A stretch of 37,348 nt of DNA, from assembly GCA_027031185.1 (NCBI GenBank), contig JALVEF010000158.1, forward strand, positions 1 to 37,348. The letters are read 5' to 3'. Origin of the DNA: Saprospiraceae bacterium (GTDB taxonomy: Bacteria; Bacteroidota; Bacteroidia; Chitinophagales; Saprospiraceae). The notes under the pieces were generated by a model that saw only the letters and a program-made list of their open reading frames with translations, did no database searches and was not told the DNA's origin. Each line of letters starts with the position of its first letter. Within the stretch, counting starts at the first letter, position 1. Positions 18,863 to 28,526 of this stretch are shown here, piece by piece. The position numbers and the translations under genes are program-made.

Positions 18863-19248
18863 CAAAATTCAAGCGCGCATGCAATGCCCCGGGAGGGGCG
18901 GCAGAGGCACCCGAGTCAGGTGGCAGAGGCTCTCGAAGCCACCCGTTAGAGAAAGGCCAAGGCACTACCATTCTGCGCAAGACTCTGCTGCCCCTAAGTA
19001 CAAACTTTCCCCGCAAAGTGCCATTTTCCTCTACATTTCTACGGGGATCCGGCCCGATCTAACCCGCCAAATGCACTGATAATCAATTGTATATAGAAAA
19101 AAAGGCCTTTTCACGAAAGCTCAATAATAGCTTCTTGTTTTGCGTGTACGCATTGCTCGGGTGTATTGATGGTCTGCACCCAGCGCCGGAACGGCGCAAA
19201 CTCTAATATTTTTTTCGCCCCCACTATACTTTTTTGGCAAAAAACTCG

Positions 19249-19256
19249 TACCTTTG
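19249..19256 (+). promoter_or_regulatory. Candidate -7 promoter box TACCTTTG (distal) upstream of rpsL
   Basis: Exact TAnnTTTG match preceded by an A6 tract. The 20-mer CAAAAAACTCGTACCTTTGC recurs, with a 1-nt indel, at 26749-26767. Confidence 0.45.
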
Positions 19257-19310
19257 CGTTCGCTTTTTGCGGGGCAGGGATGTTCCGTGTAATGTACCCG
19301 CTCACCAGCC

Positions 19311-19318
19311 TATTTTTG
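19311..19318 (+). promoter_or_regulatory. Candidate -7 promoter box TATTTTTG (proximal) upstream of rpsL
   Basis: Exact TAnnTTTG match, 52 nt before the rpsL ATG. Confidence 0.35.
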
Positions 19319-19369
19319 CCGCTTAAAAACGGGGGCGCCTGAGTAGGTACCGCTTATAACAATGTGCGT

Positions 19370-19741
19370 ATGCCAACAATTAACCAACTCGTTCGTAAAA
19401 GCCGCAAGCGCATCGTCATGCCGAGTAAGTCGCGGGCGTTGGATGGCTGCCCCCAAAAGCGGGGCGTGTGTACCAGGGTATATACCACCACGCCTAAAAA
19501 GCCGAACTCCGCCCTGCGCAAAGTGGCTAAGGTGAAGTTGACCAACGGAATTGAGGTCATCGCTTATATCCCCGGCGAAGGGCACAACTTGCAAGAGCAC
19601 TCCATCGTGCTGGTGCGGGGTGGACGGGTAAAGGACTTGCCAGGCGTGCGCTATACCATCGTTCGCGGTGCATTGGATACTGCGGGCGTCGAAGGCAGAA
19701 AACAAAGCCGCTCCAAATACGGTACCAAGCGCCCCAAATAA
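19370..19741 (+). CDS. rpsL: 30S ribosomal protein S12
   Basis: [10 protein letters not shown]...[10 protein letters not shown]. Start trimmed to the ATG at 19370. Confidence 0.98.
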   Translation: MPTINQLVRKSRKRIVMPSKSRALDGCPQKRGVCTRVYTTTPKKPNSALRKVAKVKLTNGIEVIAYIPGEGHNLQEHSIVLVRGGRVKDLPGVRYTIVRGALDTAGVEGRKQSRSKYGTKRPK

Positions 19742-19750
19742 TTAGGAACG

Positions 19751-20224
19751 ATGAGAAAGAGAAAACCCAAGGTACGATATCTGGCTCCGGATCCGCGCTA
19801 CAATGATCCGATGGTTACGCGCTTTGTCAACAATCTGATGTTGGAGGGTAAAAAGAGCCTGGCTTTCCGCATCTTTTACGGGGCTATGGATATCATCAAA
19901 GAGAAAATCGACAAAGACGCAAGCGAGTTGGAAGTTTGGCGCAAAGCACTCAACAACGTCATGCCCCAGGTCGAAGTGCGTAGCCGCCGCATCGGGGGGG
20001 CGACTTTCCAAATCCCGGTGGAGTTGCCGGCCAAGCGCAAAATCACCGTTGGCATGAAGTGGCTCATCACTTTTGCGCGCAAGCGCGGCGGCCGGAGCAT
20101 GTCCGAAAAACTGGCCAATGAAATCCTGGCCGCCAGCAAAGGTGAAGGCGCTGCTGTCAAACGCCGTGAAGACGTCCATAAAATGGCTGAATCCAACAGA
20201 GCTTTTGCCCACTTTAAAGTTTAA
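19751..20224 (+). CDS. rpsG: 30S ribosomal protein S7
   Basis: [13 protein letters not shown] and FQIPVE. Follows rpsL. Confidence 0.98.
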   Translation: MRKRKPKVRYLAPDPRYNDPMVTRFVNNLMLEGKKSLAFRIFYGAMDIIKEKIDKDASELEVWRKALNNVMPQVEVRSRRIGGATFQIPVELPAKRKITVGMKWLITFARKRGGRSMSEKLANEILAASKGEGAAVKRREDVHKMAESNRAFAHFKV

Positions 20225-20232
20225 GAACCAAC

Positions 20233-22362
20233 ATGGCAGACCTGAAGTACCTTCGTAATATTGGGATTGCGGCCCACGTAGATGCCGGTAAGACTACCAC
20301 TACCGAGCGTATCCTCTATTATACCGGTATCAACCACAAAATCGGCGAAGTCCACGATGGCGCCGCTACCATGGATTTCATGGAGCAGGAGCAGGAGCGC
20401 GGTATTACCATCACATCCGCTGCTACTAAAACATCCTGGAACTGGGATGGTCATGAATACACTATCAACATTATTGACACACCCGGCCACGTGGATTTTA
20501 CGGTCGAAGTGGAGCGGTCACTCCGTGTCCTGGACGGCGTGGTAGCCCTCTTTTGTGCCGTCTCCGGTGTAGAGCCCCAATCCGAAACCGTCTGGCGCCA
20601 GGCCGACAGGTATAAAGTTCCTCGCCTGGGATTTGTCAACAAAATGGACCGCTCCGGAGCCGATTTCTTTAACGTTGTCAATGATGTTAAAGAAAAATTG
20701 GGCGCCAATCCCGTGCCGCTGCAAGTACCCATCGGGGCCGAAGACGACTTCAAAGGTGTCGTGGACTTGCTCACCATGAAAGCCATCGTATGGGATGAGG
20801 AAACCAAGGGGATGACCTACAAAGAAATCCCAATTCCGGAAGATCTAAAAGATACCGTCGAAGAATATCGTGGCAAACTCGTCGAAGCCGTCGCCGAGTA
20901 CAATGACGAAATCCTGGAAAAATTCTTTGACGATCCCGATTCGATTACCATTGAAGAGCTTCGCGATGCCATTCGAGCCGCTGTCATTGATATGAAGATC
21001 ATCCCGATGATGTGCGGTTCTGCGTTCAAAAACAAAGGTGTTCAGGCCATGCTGGATGCCGTTTGTATGTATTTGCCTTCTCCGCTTGATATTGAAGCTA
21101 TCGAAGGTACCAACCCCAAAACCGGTGAAACCGAAGTGCGCAAGCCCTCTGTGGACGAGCCGTTTGCTGCCTTGGCTTTCAAGATTGCCACGGATCCTTA
21201 TGTCGGCCGTCTCGCTTATATCCGGGTTTATTCCGGCAAATTGGATGCGGGTTCTTATGTCCTCAACACACGCTCCGGTAAAAAAGAGCGTATCTCCCGT
21301 ATCTTTCAAATGCACGCCAACAAGCAAAATTCAATTGAAAAAATTGAAGCAGGGGGCATCGCCGCCGTTGTGGGTTTCAAGGATATCCGTACCGGTGATA
21401 CACTCAGTGATCTGAACAAGCCCATCGTGTTGGAGAGCATGACTTTCCCCGAACCTGTGGTCTCCATCGCTATTGAGCCCAAGTCCCAAAAAGACATTGA
21501 TAAGCTTGGGACCGGCTTGGCCAAGCTGGCCGAAGAAGATCCCACGTTTAAGGTTCGTTACAACGAAGAAACCAACCAAACCGTGATCAGCGGAATGGGT
21601 GAGTTGCATCTTGAGATCATTGTGGATCGCCTCAAGCGAGAGTTTAAGGTCGAATGCAACCAAGGTGCACCGCAGGTTAACTACAAAGAGGCCCTGACAC
21701 AGACCGTTGATCACACTGAGCGTTTGAAAAAACAAACCGGTGGATCCGGTCTTTTTGCTGAAATGAGCTTTGAGATCGGTCCGGCTGACGAAGAGTTTCT
21801 CGAGTCGGAAGACTTCAAATCCGGCAAAGTTAAGTTGCAATTTGTCAACGATATTGTCGGTGGTGCTATCCCCAAAGAATTGATCCCCTCTGTGATCAAG
21901 GGGTTTACCGCTATGATGGAAAACGGCGTCTTGGCCGGGTACTCCATGGACAGCATGAAAGTACGCGTGTATGATGGTAAAACCCACCCCGTGGACTCCA
22001 AGCCCATCGCCTTTGAATTGTGTGCCAAAGAGGGCTTCAAAGCTGCTGCCCCCAAGGCCAAGCCTCAATTGCTTGAGCCTATCATGAAGCTCGAAGTGGT
22101 CACGCCCGAAGAATACATCGGCCCGGTCATCGGTGACCTCAATAGACGCCGCGGCATACCTAAGGGACAGGATCCCCGTCCCGGGGGGGTCGTTGCTATC
22201 CAAGCCGAAGTGCCATTGTCGGAAATGTTTGGATATGTCACCAATCTGCGAACCATCACCGCAGGCCGTGCCTCATCCACTATGGAGTTTTTGCACTATG
22301 CACCGGCACCGGCTAATATTGCCAAAAAAGTCATTGAAGAGGCTACAGGCCTCGTCAGCTGA
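20233..22362 (+). CDS. fusA: Elongation factor G
   Basis: G1 [20 protein letters not shown] and NKMD. 709 aa. Confidence 0.98.
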   Translation: MADLKYLRNIGIAAHVDAGKTTTTERILYYTGINHKIGEVHDGAATMDFMEQEQERGITITSAATKTSWNWDGHEYTINIIDTPGHVDFTVEVERSLRVLDGVVALFCAVSGVEPQSETVWRQADRYKVPRLGFVNKMDRSGADFFNVVNDVKEKLGANPVPLQVPIGAEDDFKGVVDLLTMKAIVWDEETKGMTYKEIPIPEDLKDTVEEYRGKLVEAVAEYNDEILEKFFDDPDSITIEELRDAIRAAVIDMKIIPMMCGSAFKNKGVQAMLDAVCMYLPSPLDIEAIEGTNPKTGETEVRKPSVDEPFAALAFKIATDPYVGRLAYIRVYSGKLDAGSYVLNTRSGKKERISRIFQMHANKQNSIEKIEAGGIAAVVGFKDIRTGDTLSDLNKPIVLESMTFPEPVVSIAIEPKSQKDIDKLGTGLAKLAEEDPTFKVRYNEETNQTVISGMGELHLEIIVDRLKREFKVECNQGAPQVNYKEALTQTVDHTERLKKQTGGSGLFAEMSFEIGPADEEFLESEDFKSGKVKLQFVNDIVGGAIPKELIPSVIKGFTAMMENGVLAGYSMDSMKVRVYDGKTHPVDSKPIAFELCAKEGFKAAAPKAKPQLLEPIMKLEVVTPEEYIGPVIGDLNRRRGIPKGQDPRPGGVVAIQAEVPLSEMFGYVTNLRTITAGRASSTMEFLHYAPAPANIAKKVIEEATGLVS

Positions 22363-22393
22363 TATTGTTTCAAACAAATTCTGAAACAGGGTT

Positions 22394-22702
22394 ATGAATC
22401 AGAAAATCAGAATCAAATTGCGCTCCTATGACCACAATCTCGTGGACAAGTCCACGCAGAAGATTGTCAAAACGGTGCGCAATAGCGGCGCGCTTGTCGT
22501 CGGACCGATTCCGCTGCCCACCAAGAAAGAGATTTTTACTGTCCTTCGTTCACCACACGTGAATAAAAAGTCTCGTGAGCAGTTCCAACTCCGTACGCAC
22601 AAGCGGCTTATTGAAATCTACACACCAACACCAAAGACAGTGGATGCATTGTCCAAGTTGGAATTGCCGAGTGGTGTAGATATCCAGGTGAAGTTGTTCT
22701 GA
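22394..22702 (+). CDS. rpsJ: 30S ribosomal protein S10
   Basis: [14 protein letters not shown]...[13 protein letters not shown]. Directly follows fusA with no tuf, as is usual in Bacteroidota. Confidence 0.98.
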   Translation: MNQKIRIKLRSYDHNLVDKSTQKIVKTVRNSGALVVGPIPLPTKKEIFTVLRSPHVNKKSREQFQLRTHKRLIEIYTPTPKTVDALSKLELPSGVDIQVKLF

Positions 22703-22703
22703 T

Positions 22704-22729
22704 CATATACCGCCGCCCGGCGGTATATG
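22704..22729 (+). promoter_or_regulatory. Perfect 11-bp stem-loop immediately after the rpsJ stop, function unknown
   Basis: CATATACCGCC-GCCC-GGCGGTATATG, starting 2 nt after the TGA. No T-tract follows. Confidence 0.4.
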
Positions 22730-22859
22730 GGATATTCAACAGCACCAGCGAGACTTGTACTACCGACGTAATTGTTCATTTAAATAGCTTCTTGGGCGCT
22801 CTTGTTTTTTGCCGAAGCGCATAAAAGCGCCTGATTAGTTAACATAAAAATCTTGAACC

Positions 22860-23480
22860 GTGGACGGTTTGATAGGAAAGAAGATTGGCATGACTAGCGT
22901 CTATGACGACCAGGGCCGCAATGTCGCCTGTACCGTGATCCAGGCGGGCCCATGTGCCGTGACACAGATCAAACGCCCTGAGACCGACGGCTATTCCGCT
23001 GTCCAGATGGGCTTTGAAGATGCCAAAGAAAAAAATACAACCAAAGCACTAAAAGGCCATTTCGCCAAGGCTAATGTTACACCCAAGAAAAAACTTGTCG
23101 AGTTTCGAGATTGCGAAATTGACAAGAAAGTGGGTGAGCGGGTCACTGTGGCTGATGTCTTTTCAGACGGAGATATCGTCAATGTTATCGGTACATCCAA
23201 AGGAAAAGGCTTCCAGGGAGTTGTTCGCCGGCACGGCTTTGGCGGCGTCGGCGACCAAACCCACGGTCAGCACAACCGCAATCGGGCGCCCGGTTCTATT
23301 GGTGCGGCTTCCACGCCATCCAAAGTCATCAAAGGTCTCAAAATGGCCGGACAAATGGGCAACCGACGCGTCAAAATGCAGAACCTGACGGTTTTGAAGG
23401 TATTGCCCGAAAAAAACCTGCTGCTGATCAAAGGCGCTGTCCCCGGGCACAAGGGCGCTTATGTGATTATTGAAAAATAA
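22860..23480 (+). CDS. rplC: 50S ribosomal protein L3
   Basis: GTG start. (M)[14 protein letters not shown] matches the conserved L3 N-terminus, and an in-frame TGA lies 2 codons upstream. Confidence 0.97.
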   Translation: MDGLIGKKIGMTSVYDDQGRNVACTVIQAGPCAVTQIKRPETDGYSAVQMGFEDAKEKNTTKALKGHFAKANVTPKKKLVEFRDCEIDKKVGERVTVADVFSDGDIVNVIGTSKGKGFQGVVRRHGFGGVGDQTHGQHNRNRAPGSIGAASTPSKVIKGLKMAGQMGNRRVKMQNLTVLKVLPEKNLLLIKGAVPGHKGAYVIIEK

Positions 23481-23507
23481 TGCCGAAACCCGTAAAAACG
23501 ATCCATA

Positions 23508-24149
23508 ATGAAAACTGACGTTGTCAACATACAAGGAACTGCCAGCGGCCGCCAAGCTGAGCTGGATGATCGTGTTTTTGGCATTGAACCCAATGAGCAC
23601 TGCATCTATCTTGCGGTCAAGCAGTTCTTGGCCAATCGCCGCCAAGGAACGCACAAGGCCAAAGAGCGCAGTGAGATCGCAGGATCCACCCGCAAGCTTT
23701 TCCGGCAAAAAGGTACAGGCAGCGCGCGTCGCGGGGATATCAAGAGCCCGCTGTTGCGTGGTGGAGGACGCATATTCGGCCCCAAACCCCGGGACTATAG
23801 CTTCAAACTGAATAAAAAAGTCAAAGCACTGGCACGTAACTCCGCCTTGTCTGTTAAGTGGGCAGACGGTGCCATCACCGTCGTTGAGGACTTCTCTATG
23901 GACAAGCCCAGCACCAAAGAAATGAAGCGCATCATCAATGCTTTGAAAGGCGACAGAAAACGCGCTTTGCTCGTGGTCAAAGAATTTGATCCCGTCGTCT
24001 TTAAGTCCGCCGCGAATCTCCCCGGTGTTGAAGTTATCCTAGCCAAGGATATCAACACCTATCAAATCCTCAAGGGCGATGTGTTGCTGTTGCAGGAAGG
24101 GGCTGTGGCCATCATTAATGAACTGGGCACCAAGTACGCCAAAAACTAA
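23508..24149 (+). CDS. rplD: 50S ribosomal protein L4
   Basis: RQGTHKAKERSEIAGSTRKLFRQKGTGSAR. Gene order supports it. Confidence 0.97.
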   Translation: MKTDVVNIQGTASGRQAELDDRVFGIEPNEHCIYLAVKQFLANRRQGTHKAKERSEIAGSTRKLFRQKGTGSARRGDIKSPLLRGGGRIFGPKPRDYSFKLNKKVKALARNSALSVKWADGAITVVEDFSMDKPSTKEMKRIINALKGDRKRALLVVKEFDPVVFKSAANLPGVEVILAKDINTYQILKGDVLLLQEGAVAIINELGTKYAKN

Positions 24150-24160
24150 ACCGGAGCGTC

Positions 24161-24457
24161 ATGATTAAGCGCATTCTCATAAAACCCGTGATATCGGAGA
24201 AATCCGAACAACTCCGCGAAAAGGAAAACGCCTACACCTTTATCGTCAATAAAAAGGTCAACAAGATCGAAATTAAAAAAGAGGTGGAGCGCAAGTACGG
24301 TGTGACCGTCGAAAGCGTGCGTACGATGATCGTACCCGGCAAAACATCACTGAAAGCTACACGGTCAGGCTATGTAAAAAGCCGGACGTCTCCATATAAA
24401 AAGGCCATCGTCAAGGTAGCCGAAGGAGAAGAAATTGACATTTACGGAGAAGCCTAA
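24161..24457 (+). CDS. rplW: 50S ribosomal protein L23
   Basis: ILIKPVISEKS and FIVNKKVNKIEIKKEVE. Gene order supports it. Confidence 0.97.
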   Translation: MIKRILIKPVISEKSEQLREKENAYTFIVNKKVNKIEIKKEVERKYGVTVESVRTMIVPGKTSLKATRSGYVKSRTSPYKKAIVKVAEGEEIDIYGEA

Positions 24458-24470
24458 ATGAATCGCAACC

Positions 24471-25295
24471 ATGGGAATTAAAAAATATAGACCGATAACT
24501 CCGGGTTTGCGCACTCGTGTCACCAATGCCTTTGATGAGGTGACCACTGACAAACCGGAAAAAAGCCTGCTCGCCAAGCTGACCAAGACCGGTGGCCGCA
24601 ATAAGCAGGGACGCATGACCGTCCGACATCGCGGTGGTGGACACAAGCGCCGTTATCGGATTATTGACTTCAAAAGAGACAAGGACGGCATCCCGGCTAC
24701 CGTCAAGACTATCGAATACGATCCCAACCGCTCCGCTTTCATCGCCCTGGTCTTTTATGCCGATGGCGAAAAACGCTACATTCTGGCACCCAGGGGCATC
24801 AAGGTCGGTGATCAGATCTTGTCCGGTCCGGGCGCACCGCCCGAAACAGGAAATTGCCTCCCGCTGAAAGATATCCCGCTCGGGGCTGAGATCCACAACA
24901 TTGAGATGCATCCCGGTCAGGGAGGTGCGCTTGTTCGCAGCGCCGGCGGGCACGCTATCCTCACGGGGAAGGAGAGCAAATACGCCATCATCAAGCTTCC
25001 CTCCGGGGAGATGAGGAGAGTCCTCATCAACTGCCGCGCTACTATCGGAAAGGTCAGCAATCCGGACCATAGCTTGATTTCTATTGGCAAGGCTGGTGCC
25101 AACCGCTGGCGCGGCAGACGGCCTCGCGTCCGTGGTGTGGCTATGAATCCCGTGGATCACCCCATGGGCGGTGGTGAAGGTAGAGCTTCGGGGGGACACC
25201 CCAGGTCGCGCAGTGGCATCAAAGCCAAAGGACAAAAAACGCGCAACCGCAACAAGCACTCTTCTAAGCTCATTATTTCAAAACGCAAAAAATAA
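24471..25295 (+). CDS. rplB: 50S ribosomal protein L2
   Basis: RHRGGGHKR and [18 protein letters not shown]. Confidence 0.98.
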   Translation: MGIKKYRPITPGLRTRVTNAFDEVTTDKPEKSLLAKLTKTGGRNKQGRMTVRHRGGGHKRRYRIIDFKRDKDGIPATVKTIEYDPNRSAFIALVFYADGEKRYILAPRGIKVGDQILSGPGAPPETGNCLPLKDIPLGAEIHNIEMHPGQGGALVRSAGGHAILTGKESKYAIIKLPSGEMRRVLINCRATIGKVSNPDHSLISIGKAGANRWRGRRPRVRGVAMNPVDHPMGGGEGRASGGHPRSRSGIKAKGQKTRNRNKHSSKLIISKRKK

Positions 25296-25301
25296 TACGG
25301 T

Positions 25302-25571
25302 ATGCCGCGTTCACTGAAAAAAGGACCTTACGTACACCACAAGTTGCTCAAAAAAGTACTCAAAGCCAAAGAGTCCAACAAAAAGCAACTTATCAAAACC
25401 TGGTCGCGTGCCTCCATGATCATTCCTGAGATGGTGGGCGAGACCATCGGCGTACACAATGGCAAAATCCACGTCCCGGTTTTTATTACCGAAAGTATGG
25501 TCGGACACAAGCTGGGTGAATTTGCCCAGACCCGAACCTACAAAGGCCACGCCGGCCACCGTAAAAAATAA
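25302..25571 (+). CDS. rpsS: 30S ribosomal protein S19
   Basis: [11 protein letters not shown] and GHKLGEF. Confidence 0.98.
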   Translation: MPRSLKKGPYVHHKLLKKVLKAKESNKKQLIKTWSRASMIIPEMVGETIGVHNGKIHVPVFITESMVGHKLGEFAQTRTYKGHAGHRKK

Positions 25572-25597
25572 TTGACAACTGCAAATACGCTGTCGTT

Positions 25598-25993
25598 ATG
25601 GAAGCAATAGCAAAACTTAGAAGCTGCCCGATGTCCGCACGCAAAATGCGGCTGATTGCTGACTTGATCCGCAATAAACCCGTAGATGAGGCATTGGCTA
25701 TCCTGCGATTCACCAAAAATGAAGCCGGACGGTGGCTCGAAAAGCTATTGCTTTCCGCCGTCGCCAATTGGGAGTATCATTTGGATAGTGATTATGATGC
25801 AGATGAGTATGACTTGATCGTCAAAACCATTTTTGTGGATGCTGGGCGTATGCTCAAGCGCATCCAGCCCGCCCCGCAGGGAAGGGCCCACCGCATTCGC
25901 AAGCATTCTTGCCATGTGACGATCATCGTGGATAATACCATCCCCATCGAGGGCATTGATACAGTGGGAGTAGAACCGGTAACCGAAGAATAA
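25598..25993 (+). CDS. rplV: 50S ribosomal protein L22
   Basis: [13 protein letters not shown] and [12 protein letters not shown]. Confidence 0.97.
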   Translation: MEAIAKLRSCPMSARKMRLIADLIRNKPVDEALAILRFTKNEAGRWLEKLLLSAVANWEYHLDSDYDADEYDLIVKTIFVDAGRMLKRIQPAPQGRAHRIRKHSCHVTIIVDNTIPIEGIDTVGVEPVTEE

Positions 25994-26003
25994 ATCAAGC
26001 ATA

Positions 26004-26729
26004 ATGGGTCAAAAGACAAATCCGATAGGCAATCGTTTGGGGATCATCCGCGGCTGGGAGTCCAACTGGTACAGCAATAAAAACTTTGCTGACAATGTCG
26101 TCCAGGATGAGGTTATTCGCCGATACCTGCGTGCACGGGTAAACCGCGGCGGTATCTCCCGCATTATCATTGAGCGTACCCTCCAACGGGTCACCGTAAC
26201 CATCCACACTTCCAGGCCCGGTATCATTATCGGGAGAGAAGGAAAAGAAGTGGAGCGTCTCAAACAAGAGCTCAAGCGCCTGACCGGTAAGGACGTGCAA
26301 ATTAATATTCATGAAATTCATCGTCCGGAGTTGGATGCTTATATCGTGGGTGAAACCATCGCCCGCCAACTCGAAGCTCGCATGAGTTATCGCCGCGCCA
26401 TTAAAGGGGCCATCCAGTCTACTATGCGGGCTGGTGCTCAGGGGATAAAGGTACGGATTTCCGGACGGCTCAATGGCGCCGAAATTGCCCGCTCCGAAGA
26501 GTATAAAGAAGGGCGCATCCCGCTGCATACGTTTAGAGCGGATATTGATTATGCGCTGGTCGAAGCGCATACCACCTATGGCATCCTGGGTGTCAAAGTT
26601 TGGATCTTCAAGGGCGAAGTACTCACCAAGCGCGATTTGATGCCGACCAGTACCCGTGATGTACGTGGCGGCCGCCGCGGCGGACGCCACCAGGGGCGGC
26701 GTGGGGGCCGGAGAGGAGATCGGCGCTAA
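26004..26729 (+). CDS. rpsC: 30S ribosomal protein S3, with an Arg/Gly-rich C-terminal tail
   Basis: [13 protein letters not shown], a KH-domain region, and the tail [21 protein letters not shown]. Confidence 0.98.
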   Translation: MGQKTNPIGNRLGIIRGWESNWYSNKNFADNVVQDEVIRRYLRARVNRGGISRIIIERTLQRVTVTIHTSRPGIIIGREGKEVERLKQELKRLTGKDVQINIHEIHRPELDAYIVGETIARQLEARMSYRRAIKGAIQSTMRAGAQGIKVRISGRLNGAEIARSEEYKEGRIPLHTFRADIDYALVEAHTTYGILGVKVWIFKGEVLTKRDLMPTSTRDVRGGRRGGRHQGRRGGRRGDRR

Positions 26730-26758
26730 GGAAGTTGGTAACTGTACACAAAAAACCG

Positions 26759-26766
26759 TACCTTTG
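26759..26766 (+). promoter_or_regulatory. Candidate internal -7 promoter box TACCTTTG in the rpsC-rplP spacer
   Basis: Exact TAnnTTTG match preceded by an A6 tract. The module is near-identical to the one upstream of rpsL. A 7-bp hairpin (GCAGCCC/GGGCTGC, 26766-26784) follows. Confidence 0.4.
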
Positions 26767-26800
26767 CAGCCCTTTTGGGGCTGCACCAAAAAAATAAGAA

Positions 26801-27220
26801 ATGCTACAGCCGAAACGAACCAAGTATCGCAAGCAGCAGAAAGGGCGCAACCGGGGCCTGGCCTACCGGGGTAGTCGCGTGGACTTTGGGAGCTATGGGC
26901 TCAAGACTATACAGGCGGGCCGCCTGACCAGTCGTCAGATCGAAGCGGCTCGTGTCGCCATGACGCGCTATCTGAAACGGGAAGGTAAAGTCTGGATCCG
27001 CATCTTCCCCGACAAGCCTGTCACTGCTAAGCCGCTCGAGGTGCGTATGGGTAAAGGTAAGGGGGCCGTGGACCATTATGTGGCCGTCGTGCGACCCGGC
27101 AGAATCTTGTTTGAAATTGACGGTGTGGATTTTGAGCTGGCCAAGGAGGCTTTTAGGCTCGCTGCCCAAAAGTTGCCGGTTTTGACCAAAACCGTCAAGC
27201 GTATTGATTTGAGATCCTAA
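26801..27220 (+). CDS. rplP: 50S ribosomal protein L16
   Basis: [11 protein letters not shown] and RMGKGKG. Confidence 0.98.
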   Translation: MLQPKRTKYRKQQKGRNRGLAYRGSRVDFGSYGLKTIQAGRLTSRQIEAARVAMTRYLKREGKVWIRIFPDKPVTAKPLEVRMGKGKGAVDHYVAVVRPGRILFEIDGVDFELAKEAFRLAAQKLPVLTKTVKRIDLRS

Positions 27221-27231
27221 AATGTCGCGCC

Positions 27232-27495
27232 ATGCCATCAAAGAAAATGGAGAAATTTCTCGATAAAACGCCCGAAGAATTAAAACAGCTCCTCGCTGAA
27301 ATGGAGCAGGAATATGAGGATGCTCGTTTTGACCACGCTACCATCGGCACCCAAAATCCGCTCAGCTTGCGTGAGCAGCGCCGCGATATCGCCCGCGTCA
27401 AGACCTTGATCAGAAAACTGGAGCTGGACGCGATGACCGAAGAACAAAAGGCCAAAAGAACTAAAATCATCCGGCGTAGAAGGAAACGTCGCTAA
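27232..27495 (+). CDS. rpmC: 50S ribosomal protein L29, with a basic C-terminal extension
   Basis: PEELKQLLAEMEQEY...RRDIARVKTLI core, plus an approximately 20-aa K/R-rich tail. The start could instead be the second Met (27247). Confidence 0.92.
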   Translation: MPSKKMEKFLDKTPEELKQLLAEMEQEYEDARFDHATIGTQNPLSLREQRRDIARVKTLIRKLELDAMTEEQKAKRTKIIRRRRKRR

Positions 27496-27504
27496 TTGAC
27501 CGAA

Positions 27505-27771
27505 ATGGAGATTACCATGAAACGAAACATGAGAAAGACGCGTGTAGGTGTGGTTTCGTCCACCAAGATGGATAAGACCATCACTGTCGTCGTCGAAAAG
27601 CGCATCAAGCATCCCATTTACGGAAAGTATGTGAAGCGAACCAAGAAATTTGCCGCTCATGATGAAAACAATGAGTGTCACGTCGGTGATGTCGTCAGTA
27701 TTATGGAGACCAGACCGCTGAGCAAGCGCAAACGCTGGCGCCTGGTACGGATCATTGAAAAAGCCAAGTAA
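27505..27771 (+). CDS. rpsQ: 30S ribosomal protein S17
   Basis: [19 protein letters not shown] and [13 protein letters not shown]. The start is ambiguous: TTG 27496, ATG 27505 or ATG 27517. Confidence 0.95.
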   Translation: MEITMKRNMRKTRVGVVSSTKMDKTITVVVEKRIKHPIYGKYVKRTKKFAAHDENNECHVGDVVSIMETRPLSKRKRWRLVRIIEKAK

Positions 27772-27791
27772 CGACTTAATACACAGGAGAA

Positions 27792-28160
27792 ATGATTCAG
27801 CAAGAGTCCAGATTGAAGGTCGCAGACAATAGTGGTGCCAAAGAAGTACTCTGTATCAGGGTGCTCGGCCATTCCAGACAGCGCTATGCATCCATCGGGG
27901 ATGTTATTGTCGTCACTGTCAAATCGGCATTCCCCAGCGGCAACGTCAAAAAGGGCATGGTCACCAAAGCGGTCGTCGTCCGCACCAAAAAACCCATCCG
28001 GCGCGAAGACGGCTCGTATATCCGCTTCGATGACAATGCCGTCGTGCTGCTCAATGCTGCCGAAGAGCCGCGCGGTACGCGTATCTTTGGCCCGGTTGCA
28101 CGTGAGCTTCGTGCCAAAGACTTTATGAAGATCGTTTCACTCGCACCCGAAGTGCTCTAA
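27792..28160 (+). CDS. rplN: 50S ribosomal protein L14
   Basis: [17 protein letters not shown]. Confidence 0.98.
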   Translation: MIQQESRLKVADNSGAKEVLCIRVLGHSRQRYASIGDVIVVTVKSAFPSGNVKKGMVTKAVVVRTKKPIRREDGSYIRFDDNAVVLLNAAEEPRGTRIFGPVARELRAKDFMKIVSLAPEVL

Positions 28161-28171
28161 ATCTTTGCGCC

Positions 28172-28525
28172 ATGGCCATCAAAAGGAAAGAATATAAAAC
28201 AGGAAAGCGGTTTGCGCCCAAGCTCCATATCAAAAAAGGAGATACCGTCATGGTCATCTCCGGCAATGATAAGGGCAAGACCGGCAAAGTCCTTCGCGTT
28301 TTCCCCCGCAAAGGGACTGCCATCGTCGAAGGCTGCAATATCGTCACCAAACATCGCAAACCCACCCAAACGACGGATGGAGGACGGTTTCAGGAGCCTG
28401 CGCCACTCCACGTATCCAAATTGATGGTCGTGGACAGTACCGGCACGCCTACGCGTATCGGCCGCAAAGTAGTGGATGGCAAGCTGGTGCGTTATGCAAA
28501 AAAAACCGGTGAAATCATTGGATAA
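28172..28525 (+). CDS. rplX: 50S ribosomal protein L24
   Basis: [22 protein letters not shown] (KOW motif). There is an N-terminal extension of about 16 aa before the conserved KLHIKKGD if the ATG at 28172 is used. Confidence 0.95.
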   Translation: MAIKRKEYKTGKRFAPKLHIKKGDTVMVISGNDKGKTGKVLRVFPRKGTAIVEGCNIVTKHRKPTQTTDGGRFQEPAPLHVSKLMVVDSTGTPTRIGRKVVDGKLVRYAKKTGEIIG

Positions 28526-28526
28526 G

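Noticed and set aside
18912-18972. Short matches to 4.5S/SRP RNA strings (GUCAGGU and GCCAAGGCA) in the gldN-rpsL gap.
   Set aside because: The conserved domain IV core (GGUCC-GGAA-GGAAGCAGC with a GNRA tetraloop) is absent. The segment also does not fold into the single long symmetric hairpin expected of SRP RNA. The short matches are probably coincidental, and a covariance-model scan would be needed.
19111-19305. 64-aa minus-strand ORF overlapping the rpsL promoter region.
   Set aside because: It lies in AT-rich promoter DNA, shows no recognisable motif, has no promoter box of its own, and would be transcribed head-on into gldN.
22363-22393. Absence of tuf after fusA, and absence of adk between secY and map (33411-33433).
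   Set aside because: This gene order is the normal Bacteroidota arrangement and is not a deletion or rearrangement.
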